This document shows, piece after piece, positions 50,402 through 61,720 of a stretch of 64,000 bases of DNA (positions are counted from its first letter, which is position 1; each line of letters opens with the position of its first letter). A program made the position numbers and the translations under genes. The notes under the pieces are model-generated. The model did no database searches, had not been told where the DNA came from, and saw nothing but the letters and a program-made list of their open reading frames with translations. Source of the stretch: Amphiscolops sp. MND2022 (Eukaryota); the NCBI GenBank assembly GCA_964187785.1, contig OZ076414.1:44764001-44828000 (forward strand), read 5' to 3'.

Positions 50402-50833
50402 TGAGCTGTTTAAGATTAGTTGGATGTTTAGCTTTAGATCTTTCAAGGAACCCATAAGAAGTTTATCTTAACAGCAAATCGTCTAAGTCAAGAAGGTAGC
50501 TTTTACTATTTCACTTTCTCTGAGATCTCAGTTAGGTCCTGTCTAAGGGAAGACTGTTCAGTAGATCATTTTCTAATTTTCTCCGAGTATATATCTTCTA
50601 CAAATTCATCAACGATTATACAGATTAAATGCAGTGCTAATTTTTCTAGAGTGACAGTAATAAGATTAGAAATACTGATAAAGTTATCACCAAATGTTAG
50701 TACGATACTAATGATGCTATCAGCAAATGTCAGCAATCTAATTATCTTCAAAATGGATTGACATCTGTCTTTATAAAAGTTAGTACTTTTCAAGAAAAGA
50801 TAAATACTTGGAGACTAGAATCACGGCATCACA
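50402..50833 (-). repeat. Element 2 5' LTR (~432 bp)
   Basis: Matches 25080-25512. Followed on the minus strand by AT then TGGTGCGATCACG. Confidence 0.9.
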
Positions 50834-50835
50834 TA

Positions 50836-50908
50836 GTCGCTGTGGCACAGTTGGTTGTGCGTCTGCCTGCCAGGCACGAGGTCATGGGTTCGAACCCGGG
50901 CTGAAGTG
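50836..50908 (+). ncRNA. tRNA-derived Pol III unit (SINE head or pseudo-tRNA)
   Basis: A-box TGGCACAGTTGG, B-box GGTTCGAACCC, and a TGC-CTGCCAG-GCA anticodon-like arm (GCC). The acceptor stem does not pair. Confidence 0.7.
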
Positions 50909-53900
50909 TTACATTTATACCGGAAAATAACCCGGCTTTTAGCGAGCGTCTTGTTAAACAAAAGCTTCGTGATTGGCGAAGAGTGTTTTTTAGAGAAGCT
51001 AAATTTTTTTGTGAGAAATTTTCCAGTTGGCACTTCAAACTGCTAACTTATGAAGTATACTCATTAATAGAATGCAAACAGCTCAATATGCTTTTCAGAA
51101 CACACCATAATTGATAAAATCTTATGCTTGAGAGAATCCTCGACCTGCATCGGAACTTGCATTCCACACAATTTAAACTGAACAGGAGGCGCAGTGGAAC
51201 TGCGATATTTTACATATACTGTTATAACTGAAAAATGTAGAAGCGGTCTTTTCAGGGTAAACCAAAAACCCGGTAAAGTATCACAAAAACCCGGTAATGT
51301 ATTTGTTCCAAACAGTTTCTGCAAAATAAATTGCAAAATGACAAAATTGCTCAATGGTGTGACCCTTTAGGTTCAACAAACGCGTTCTAAGACTGAAAAC
51401 ATCGAAAAACTTAATCAGCGAACTTCTAGTGAAAAACAACAGAATTTTGTCATAAGTTTTCTACATTTCTTGAGAAACTTATCATCAGTGCCACAGGGCG
51501 AAAAAATGACCAAAGGCCAAAGAAGTCACTCTCAAGACTCGGAAAATGGAAGCTTTAAGAAGAATCCTTGAAAACCAATATAGGTTCGAAAAATTTTCTT
51601 GACAAACATTTTTTCGAGAAACAATTCTGTCAGTAGGTCGCACGAATTCCGTGACGAACATTTTTATCTCTCTAGGCTCGCGACACGCTTTGCTTTACAA
51701 AAAAAAAACGTTTTTAAAAACCTTCTTGAAAGACTTTCACTATGAAGAATTGGAAACAAGATAATCTTTTGTTCATTCGAGCATGTCTTTTTCAAATGTA
51801 TTAAATATTATTTTCATCTGCATAATTGTTTTAATGGCATAAATTAATCGTTTTTTCGACGAATGGCTTCCTCTGGAAAATTCTTTTTTATGTTTTTAAC
51901 CCTCGTTGAAAACTGACACCCGAATAATCAAACAAGCCGGCAATGTCCCAAGTCGGAGCCCCGCCAAGGTTCAAAGATATGGAAAAGGACATTGTTGATC
52001 AAGTTTTATCATCAATTTTACAGAGCCAAAAAGGATACGCATAAGACTCGAAAAGCGCCTTTTCCCCTGCTGGAAACAGCAGAAAAAACATTTTGCTCAA
52101 CCGAAAACATTTCAAAAAACGAAAAAATTGAGTTTTTTTTCAAAAAAGGCTTCCTGTAAGTCGCATAGTGCCGAAAATTTAAAGGAAGTGGCCCTTTGGG
52201 GTTTTCAACATTCATTCTGTTGCAAAGTATCAAAAACCTTCTGTTTTTAACTTACCAAAACGGTATTCATTTTATGACAGCTGAGTAACACTTGTAAAGG
52301 TTTCTTCTTCAATCTCAGAAAAGATTTTAGTTCCAATACGTTGCAGGGATTTCCAAATGATACACCAGGCTCGTCTTGTCAGAAGTTTTGATAAATCAAC
52401 CATTAGTCGTTTAAAAAAGCAAATGAATAAATTTTGAAACTATTTTTTTCATAATGTTCGATTGTTTGAACGTTTTACTTTCGATGAGGTTGTGATGGTA
52501 AGTTCGATTAGGTTTAGGAAGAGTTGGAAAAACCTGTTTTCTTATTGCCTGATTACTGGGTTGCAAAAGACAACAAATTGATTGTTTTTAGTCAGCGCTT
52601 TCGTAGAAAGGCAGACTATAGCACTGGCTGTTTTTAAGACCGACGAAGTGACAGATTTTATAAGTTGTACAAGCTGTTGCTTCTACTGCCAGGAGTACTT
52701 AGTACTTCTTTTTGAACGCATCCAAAGCCTCAAACATTAAATACAAATTATTTCCAAAGCAGAAGGGTTTTTCATTTTTTTAAATGTCTCCAAAGGGTCC
52801 ACTTTCAATTTTGTGATATTTTGCGACAGAATGGATGTTGAAAAAGCCCAAAGTGTCATCCTTTGGGTTTTTTCGGCATTGTGAAATTTTTTTTCGAATT
52901 TTTTTCAGCTTACAATCTCACTCAAAGTTCAGATATAACGTTTTTTGATAGTTTGCAACAGAATGGATGTAAAAAAAATCCAAAAGGACGCGCCAATTCG
53001 GTCCAACTTTTGGGTTCTTTGGGTACTGTAGAAGAGAATAATTGACACTTTGAAGTCCTTTTGCTATTTTTGAGCCTTGGATATGGCGCCGACTTGGGCC
53101 GTTTTTGGCTTGTTTTAATCTTGTTGGAAACCAGAAGAGACCTTTCTCAAAACTCAACAGGTAATGTTTTAGCTTGAACCTGTTTTGAAAAGAAAGTAAC
53201 GGAATAAATGTGATGTCTCCTCTAGTATACATTGCGATCCATATACAAGCATAGAGGTCATAAACGATAAACAAGCATGGAACAAACAAAACAAATTTGT
53301 TGAAACATTTCAGTCAAAGTCATGACGTGGCATTTGGCTTGTGATTGCTTTTTTGCTTTTTCTGACATTTTGAATTAAAAACAAAGACGAGAGCAGACCG
53401 ATGGCAGACAGACGAGAGTAGTAAAAGGCAATAACCGCACCTTTGCTACAGGTTTGAGATGTGTTCTAGCAAAATGCTACCTAAAGCACCATGTCTAATT
53501 TTCCGTTCTGATGTATTGTAGTTTTAATCATCACAGCTTGTACAGACATTTTCGAGCTTGTGAACTACTCTTGTCAGTTTTAGACGTCGGCTACTGGTCA
53601 CCTTGACGAATTGGAAATTTGCATCATTAAGCTCTGACTAACTCTAATAGTCTATTAGAACGGTAATTCGGTGATCCTGAGAAGTTAGGCAAGATGCCCG
53701 TCACTTTCAGCAGTCCAAGACTAGGACCGGCGGGAGTGTATTTGACGGAAGCGGGAACTCCTCTCCCACAAGAAGTGTGGTACCCTAGGTACGGAAAATA
53801 GACCTGTTGCCAATGGAAGCCTGTCCCGTGTAAAAGTCCCATCCCTACATGTTCCTCCCACTCGATGTAGCAAGTTGGGCTATTCCACAGCTTGCCTTAG

Positions 53901-55620
53901 GGAAGTTTCCATAGCCTTTTATTCAACTCTTGATTGCTGGTTTTAATGTACAACAGTTTGTGATTTAAGAAAAGTTTCGTGTTTAGGTAAACCTTTTGTT
54001 CCTGATTTTTGGAGATTGTTTTTTGAAGATTACTTCCAAGAATATGGCAAGCAACAATCACCAGCAAAACCGTCCACATTATTTCTGGTGTGGCCCTTCT
54101 AATTTCTTGCCATCCAACATCGAAAACGCAAGTAAATCCTTCTAATTCCTATTGACTCAGGTTTTCTCCACCTCCTGAAAATCATATGAGCCGTGGACAA
54201 AACCAATGCATTGAACGCCTGTCGAAACAGAGAATGATTGTTTGAGTGACAATGAGTTTAGAGCTTGTTACTTAAATGCTTGTTGTTTTCTGTACTTTAT
54301 CAACTTTGGAATTACTTTTTTCCATTCTCTGTCTCGAACAGAAGTCTCAAAAAAGCTTTTTAAAACGTTTACGTGTGGAACTTGACACCAAATTTTTTCA
54401 GCTAGTTCTATATGTGCTAAGCTGATAGCGGCTTTTTTCTTACTAGTTACTGTTAAGCATTCAAAGTTCATCTCTTCCCTCGTTGAAACTGCCTCAAGTT
54501 TTTAAAGTTTTTGGAGGTTACAAAGCTAAGGTTTCATTATTTTTTGAAACTCCCAAGGAAACTTCCACACATTGAAACTTCACTGATTGAATTTAATTTT
54601 ATCAAGCTGTCTATAAGTTGCATTCTAAAGTTAGCGGCAATTCCGAGCCGCTAACTTTCGTGGGTTTCATTGAGAAGAAGTCCTAATTTTGAAAGCGGCT
54701 GATGTCGCATGCTGCCGCGTGCGATAGTGACCTCAATACAATAGACCAAGGAAGAGAAACTGCCTAGTTTGGAAACAATCCCCTCCCGGGAACAATTCCC
54801 TTAATATAAACTAAAGTTTTCAAAAAGATTTATTAATTTCCTTTAAAACATGTAAAATTGTTTTGTATATTCATACCACTTAATATTTGACATGCAGAGA
54901 GGAAACGCGTTCCAATGTCTGTCTGTTCAGTATAGCTAGCATATCGGCTACGGTATTCTAGCCAATCACGGCTAAAGATTTCCTTACAGCTTTATTTTGA
55001 GTTTCGATGCTATACAGATAATTAACCGGAATGGACGAGCAAGGCTATACAGCCTAGTTGGTCCAAACACGCAATTAGTCGGTGTTATTATTTCGAATAC
55101 TAAAATTGTTGCTGAAAAGGAACATGTATGGGAGTGTATACAATTAAGTAAATTCCCATTTGGGGATATTTGACCGAAACATGCTCTAATTGACATTACC
55201 GTTTTATATCAACAGTGCAAGTTCTCAAAAGGGCCTAACGTAGCTGTTGGCCGGAGAGGCCATTTTGAAAAAAAACAGTACCATGTAAAGCTATGATTGC
55301 ATATAAATCCACATATTATTTGACGAGTTAGTCTGCGCGTCAAGCCCCCCCTTTCTTTTGTTAGGTGCTTTGATCTCACCACCAACGTAAATAATGACGC
55401 ATTGTTCTATTTTTAGAATCTACACTTAGGATTGTTGCTATTTTGAGAATTGGTCATAATACCCTTTTCTTAATGTTATCCCACCAAGGGTATTTGTACC
55501 CAAGTCTAGGAGACCTCGGGACAACATTTTCTGATACTTGTTAAGCTACTGTTCAATCTAATATCAAAGATGATACCCTGTTACAAGGAAATATAATATT
55601 TTCCCAAAAATACTTTTCTT

Positions 55621-56016
55621 ATGCCTTCGACTAGGAGACAGAAAGCGAAAGCGAGAAGGTCTAGAGAAATGGATATCCTGTCCGATTATGGCAATATGGA
55701 TACATTACTAGGGGAAGCAAATTGAAACCCTATAGAGAGGGTGCTAGAAAATGACATAAATGGCGCAGAATGGTGACCAGCTTCCTTGACGAATAAGGGA
55801 AATTCATCGCAAGAAAATGAGATCGGAAATATCAATTGTGAGAATGGCCCATCTAGGCCAGACGGACTTGTAGAGTCTTTCGAGATATTATCAAGTGAAA
55901 CGAATGCCAGATTGTCTCAAGTCATGTATTCAACAATGAGCATGATGCAATATCAATATAATAAGGCCATCAGCTCTGCTATTTCTGAAACGGTTATCCT
56001 GTCATCCACAGTATAA
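55621..56016 (+). pseudogene. Gag N-terminus-like remnant of another LTR family
   Basis: MPSTRRQKAKARRSREMDILSDYGNMDTLLG... is in frame with ORF 55786-56016 apart from two TGA codons. The basic start resembles element 1 gag MGNKRSRRSRR. No pol follows. Confidence 0.45.
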
Positions 56017-57046
56017 TGCGGAATATGCCTTTGAATCAAACTGGCATTGCGACGAGTATGAACAATGTCTTGGTAATACTTGGAAAGCGCCAAACATAAA
56101 TCTTACAAAGAAGGACTCCATGTCTGCCTTTGATCTTAGCGAAAATGCGGACATGTTATGACTTCTTACAGCTGAGACTTCATTAATATAACCCCAATTT
56201 CGGTGCGAATAAATCATCAATGCAAGTTTTTAGCTTGATATTTCACTAACGATTACAAAAGTTACTTACTTGAGAAACTTAAGCGTGAAATTTAAGTACT
56301 AGAAATTTTTTTCAGTTTGAATTTGAAACTGCATTTTAATCCAACAATATATGTCCTCGCTCTCTGAATTTTCCACGTTTTGTAAAAAAAAGCCGGCATG
56401 TTTTCATGCAGCATGTAAAACGTTCGAGCACTCTCGACTATTGTTACAATTCCTAATAATATTTCAATTCTAATCAGTAGTAAACTTCAATAATTTTAGC
56501 GTTGCGATAAATTCTGATTCAGACACATAGTTTTCATTTACATGAAGCGATCATATGAATAATTACTGAGCAATTTTGGACGAAACGTTTCCCATGCATA
56601 CGAGTGCAAACATGCTTCGTGGGAAAAGGAAAAGCAATATTGTAGAACTTATTGTGCAGTAACAGAAGGTATCGTGGAACTATGTTTGACTTCATGTCAA
56701 CATTCTACATGCATTTCTCTCAGATACCAAGAAAACCAATTGAAATTTTTTACTGCAGCCTGCTAATCCTTCTGTAACGTTTTATCCAGCACAAAACTGC
56801 TGCGTTCTCCAGATCAACAGCATCGACGCACTTTTGTCTTCATTATTTCGCTTATTCAAATTTGACGAGAAGCATCAAGTATCAACACCAAACATGAGAC
56901 GTGAACAAAATTGACGCCACAAATTGACAAGTATGAATGTTTTTTAATTCATGTACTTTTTCCAATCAGCATCCATTTTCATACCTTTTAACGCATACTT
57001 ATGCTAATTACTTCCATGAAAACTTTAAATCTTAACGTCTCTTTCC

Positions 57047-57313
57047 CAGAAAAAAAAACGTTTTTCAAAAAACTTTCTCCGGCAGTCGCGGAACCACAGC
57101 TGTTTTGGTTTTCTATCATTTTAACTCTCTTTTTCTTTTTTCTTTGCGTGTTTGTATGTTTATAATTATAGTTTACTTTTCCGGAAACTGATCAACTATA
57201 AACATACAAACACGCAAAGAAAAAGAGAAAAAGAGTTAAAATGATAGAAAACCAAAACAGTTATGGTTCCGCGACTGCCGGAGAAACTTTTTGAAAAACG
57301 CTTTTTCTTCTGG
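57047..57313. repeat. Long inverted repeat (foldback) with ~115-bp arms
   Basis: 57047-57164 is the reverse complement of 57197-57313 with few mismatches; ~32-bp spacer. Confidence 0.92.
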
Positions 57314-59499
57314 AACGGCCCAAGTCGGCTTCACATCTAAGGCTCAAAAATATTCAAGGAACAGCAATTGGAAACATTTAGGAAAAAATTTTTTTTCAAA
57401 AAAACGTATTTGATAAAAAAATTCGCATGTTGCCGAAAAACCCAAAAAGAGACCCTTTAGGCTCATTAAACGTTTTTCACAAACCAAAAACTTGAAAAAT
57501 TTCAAGGTGGTACCCTTTGATAGAATTCGAAATTTTTTGGCAAAATGTCGCATAGTGTCGAAAAAACCACAAAAGGGGGACCCTTTGGTTTCCACTATAT
57601 TTTCGGAAGCATAAAAAAACTTGTGGTTTAGTATGAGAATCGAACCCACGCTTTCCTGCTTCTCAGACACCAGAAAATTAGAAATTGAACAAATGAACAA
57701 AAAAAGTGGACCAATCGCGTTGAACGGACGAAAAAAAAACAAAAAAAACTAGTCACTGTAAGAGTCGTGCGTTTTCTTCAAAAACGCCGACTAAAAAGAG
57801 AGTTAAAATGATATAAAAAATGTATACAAAGGTTGCTCATAGATGAACTTCCACGATACGCTAATTTAAGCAAAGTGAAATTAACCAACGAATGATAGGC
57901 ACGGTTGAAAAAGTGATGATTCACGATTATCTAATTATGTCTTGAAGGAAAGAAAATCAACCAATGAAAACCAAAAACAATGATTTTTCAGCAGGAGCTG
58001 CGGATATTTTGAAACTCTTTCAAAAGTTATTCAAAAAAGCATACGACAACATCAAAGAAACAGCGAGATAAAGAGAAGGAAGGTGTCACAGCCCCAGCTG
58101 AGCTGTAATTGTTGCAAAACAAAAAACTCAGTATACAGAGAATGAAATGGGGAATGAAAGAGGGGAAGAGAAACAAAAAGCAAAAACAACATTTAAGACG
58201 GTTCTTACTTAATTGTGACCTTATAACAATTTGTAATAACGGCGCTCAAATTATATCATAATTAAAGCTCTCACACCAATATTTGTATGCTAATTTATAT
58301 TTATCGTACATTAACCAATACAGGAATATCGCGCAGTTAATAGTATTAATACAGTGCTACATAATTAATAACAATTGAATTACCGGGCCTAGCAAGCGGC
58401 CTGAAAAGTGAATGGCAGTACCACGGTCTGGCAGTTGGCCCCAAATACGCGGATTGAAGCGCCGGCTCGGCAAGCGGCCTCAATTTGAAAAGTTAATACA
58501 CGCTATTTCTGTCACGATTGTGCTACTACTGTTTAATAGATGTATACTCACTTATTGCATTTAAATGTTTGTTGAAACGATGCGGGATATTATGTAATTG
58601 TTGTTAATGAACTAAGTATACTGTAAAAATACAGTAAAAATGTAATATGGCCCAGGACGCGAACCAGGCCAAAGAAATAAAGGATTCATTGTAGAAATGA
58701 ATTGTGTTAATGATTTTAGTGATTATACCTTACCTAATGGAAATAATGTTTAGTATCAATGTTCATGAAAGATAATTGGTGATTATATGCAGTTTGTGTT
58801 TGAAGTTCCTGTACTAATACATTTCAATTTGTCGAACGTCCTGGACCACGCTCGAATCAAGATTACTTTCATATGATTTGACGCTTTTAACACCCTGAAA
58901 AAAACATGGTTACGAGTTATGTTATCTTTTTCAAACCTAACTTTTTAATCTTAGAAACGTTTTAAACTTAATTTTGTTGAAGTTATAATCTTTAAATATT
59001 TTAAAGAATTGAGTTGGATTAAAATATATTTTGTTAGCTGTAAAATTTGACTGTCTTCATTTTGTTTCAAATTTTCCACTCATCCTTTACGCTTAATGAT
59101 GTGTCCCGCGTCTTAAAAGGCGGGAATTGGGAGCGAAGGGAAGCTTAGTCGCATCTCAGACCGGAAGTGGACGCTTGCTTTCCTACAAAAGCATGATCAA
59201 ACTGAAAGTCTGAGTTCGATGAGGCAGGCCTGAACTTCCGGTTTCTTTTCCCTGAGAGACACTGGACTGAACCAGGCGTGAAAACCATGAGCAGTACTTT
59301 CCCCGCTCTCGAGGAGAAAGGTATATAATATTGTGCATGCAATTTGAATGAGATTCATAAATGTTATTTCTCTTGAACTGTCAAGTGTTCTTGAACTTCG
59401 TCAATTAAAAAAGTATTCAATGGCCTCAATCTCCTTAGTCAAGAAATTAGATAGCCAAGAGTCTCAAACACTGGTCTTATCTTGAACTAAACTGCCTGA

Positions 59500-59822
59500 A
59501 CGGTCATCCAAGAGGAAAGTGAGGAGGGATTTTAAGAGCTGAGAACGTGTCAAGTATTCCGGACAGAGACTTTTCTGAGATCTCTCAAACAGTTGAGAAG
59601 TGTGTAAGCAGAAGAATTAAAGAAACGGAAACGAATCAGAGAAAGATCCTGAAGATGATAGAAAACCTCTCATCAAAAATAGATTCTTTGTCTGAGAAAA
59701 ACTCTGAAAATGTAAACCCTGGAATGAACGAAAACTACTCAAAAAATATAGCTACAGCATCTATAAACTTCGAAACAAGCGAAATGGCTCAAAGCGAGAG
59801 TCATTACAGAAAGAGAATTTAA
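59500..59822 (+). pseudogene. Coiled-coil fragment, possible gag N-terminal remnant
   Basis: RRIKETETNQRKILKMIENLSSKIDSLS heptad pattern, similar in character to the LTR-encoded gag start of element 1. No flanking domains. Confidence 0.3.
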
Positions 59823-60379
59823 AGTGGCAGAAAAATTCCTAAACAACGCAAATAACAGTAGTAACAGTAGTTACTTTTGAAAGTGTTTGCATTTTTTGGC
59901 CAGAACACAGATGTCAAGTTTCCAGCAGCTTTTAAATTGTGTAGTGCCCTTTTCCCAAATTGGATAGCTTTGTTCCAAACTTACAAACGTTGCCAGTTGA
60001 AACGCTCGCGGTCTCTTTATAGTCTCGATAAAATTCGAAAACAAAGGCGAATTTTTTCATCGAGTTGTTTTTGAAGATGCAGCTGACAATTTTTAAATTT
60101 TACCGACATATTATTGCAAAGTATCCTGGTTCATGTTAATAACCTGTTTTCATCGGATCCTAATATCGCTTCCCACGACTTTGTAAAACACAAACTTCAA
60201 TTAGTTTTTATTTTTTGGCCATATTCGACATTTTCCAAGCTGCTCGGAACACGCATCCTATACTTGGCCGCAATTTGAAGCCTTAAAGGTTTGCAGCTTT
60301 CCAAAAAAAGTTTTTAAATAAAACTAAGTTGGTACATTTTACCGCCATTTCAGCGCAAGTTGTCTTCAGTCACTTTATA

Positions 60380-61720
60380 AACTACAAACTAGTGTCATCT
60401 TCAGCGTGCTATTCGAGAAGCGGTGATTACAATAGACGAGTAGTTAAGAAATTAAGGTGACAATTCAAATCATTTAAAATTTACCTTCGGAAGCTCATGG
60501 AAGTTCCGGGATTTTGTGAAAAAATCACTCTGCATGCCGGCTTGTAACATTGGCCAACTTCCAACAGTCTCAACTAGGGTATACATTCACAGAGATGGGA
60601 ATCTTTTTCTTCCGCAAAACTCTTATACTTTTCCAGGGAACTTTTAACCTTGTTGAAATTGTTTGCACTTTAATGATACAAGCAACTTGTATGGATTTTT
60701 GAAACTCTTATGGAAACACTTATGTGAAAATATTACCCTGTTTTGTTCGGCTTCTATCAAGTTGCTTGAAAGAGTCAACAAAGTTTTGGCAGCAATTTTG
60801 GGCCTTGAAGTTTTGATGGTTTCGCTGAGAATCTGTTCTATTTTCAAATTGAAAATAAGTTGCTGTCAGTTCTACCGCCATTTTAATGCAAAATAACTTC
60901 AGTCGCGTAATAAACTGCAAATTACCGTTCTTATTAGTGTCCTATTTGAGAAGCGGTGATCAGATCAGATGCGTAGTTGAGAAAACAAAGTGTGACTAGA
61001 AATTGATAACGTCGGTTAATTTAATTGCAATAGCGGAAAATGCCGTGTACCCTAGTTGGGACTGCTGGAACTTTTTACATGCTGCAGGCCTGCATGCAGG
61101 GTAATTTGTTATAAAACCTAGAAAATTCCGAAAGGTTCCAGTGGTAAATCTTGTAGAATTACACTGCATTTTCCACTACTGCAATCAAATTTGAAAACAT
61201 TTCCGCCTTCTTTTACGGACACGATCACGTTGTATTCACACATTGCTTTCTCAAATACTCATCTGATTTAGTCACCGCTTCTCAAAGAGGACGCTGAAGA
61301 TGACGCTAGTTCGCTGTTTACATTGTGAATGAAATTAGTTTGCATTAAAATGGCGGCAAAATTGTTAACGTCTCAGCTGCATTTAAAATTAGAACTGATG
61401 CATATTAAAACTTGCAGAACTTCACGGCTTGAAATAGCCGCCAAAACTTTGATGATTCTTTAAAGCAGCTTGATAAAAGTTGGTGACAACATGGAAATAT
61501 TGACGCATTAAAGTTTCCGTAAGATATTTAGATTATCATAATAAAAGTTGCTGGTAACATTAAAGTACATGTAAAAAGTTCAAGCATGCTCAACAAGGGT
61601 AATTCTACAAGATGCACCACCTGAAGCTAACTGAATTTTCTTGATTTTATAGCCAAAATTTCCTGCATGAAGGCATGCAGCATGTTGAAAGTTCCAGCAG
61701 TCTCAACTATGGCACTCGAT
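60380..61720. repeat. Cluster of direct and inverted copies of a host repeat family
   Basis: GAGAAGCGGTGAT at about 60415 and 60950 and inverted at about 61273. AGTCTCAACTA(G/T)GG at about 60566 and 61699 and inverted at about 61030. Related sequence near 660-830 and 54480-54650. Confidence 0.55.

Larger units (their letters stand above)
25080..50833 (-). mobile_element. Element 2: decayed gypsy-type LTR element with an env-like gene (~17 kb excluding the nested BEL)
   Basis: Direct repeats 25080-25512 and 50402-50833 (TG...CA), flanked by TAGT (25076-25079, 50834-50837). PBS-like TGGTGCGATC. Minus-strand fragments of gag, protease, RT, RH, IN and env occur in order. Confidence 0.9.

Noticed and set aside
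50836-50908. Functional tRNA-Gly(GCC)
   Set aside because: The 5' GTCGCTG has no complementary 3' acceptor strand and the anticodon stem is only 3 bp; it is more likely a SINE head.
53620-54230. Higher-GC, coding-like minus-strand stretch (ORFs 53627-53842, 53897-54079)
   Set aside because: Broken frames and no family recognised.
57630-57680. B-box-like GGTTCGATTC on the minus strand (similar at 62585-62630) as tRNA genes
   Set aside because: No cloverleaf or A-box; embedded in a host repeat family.
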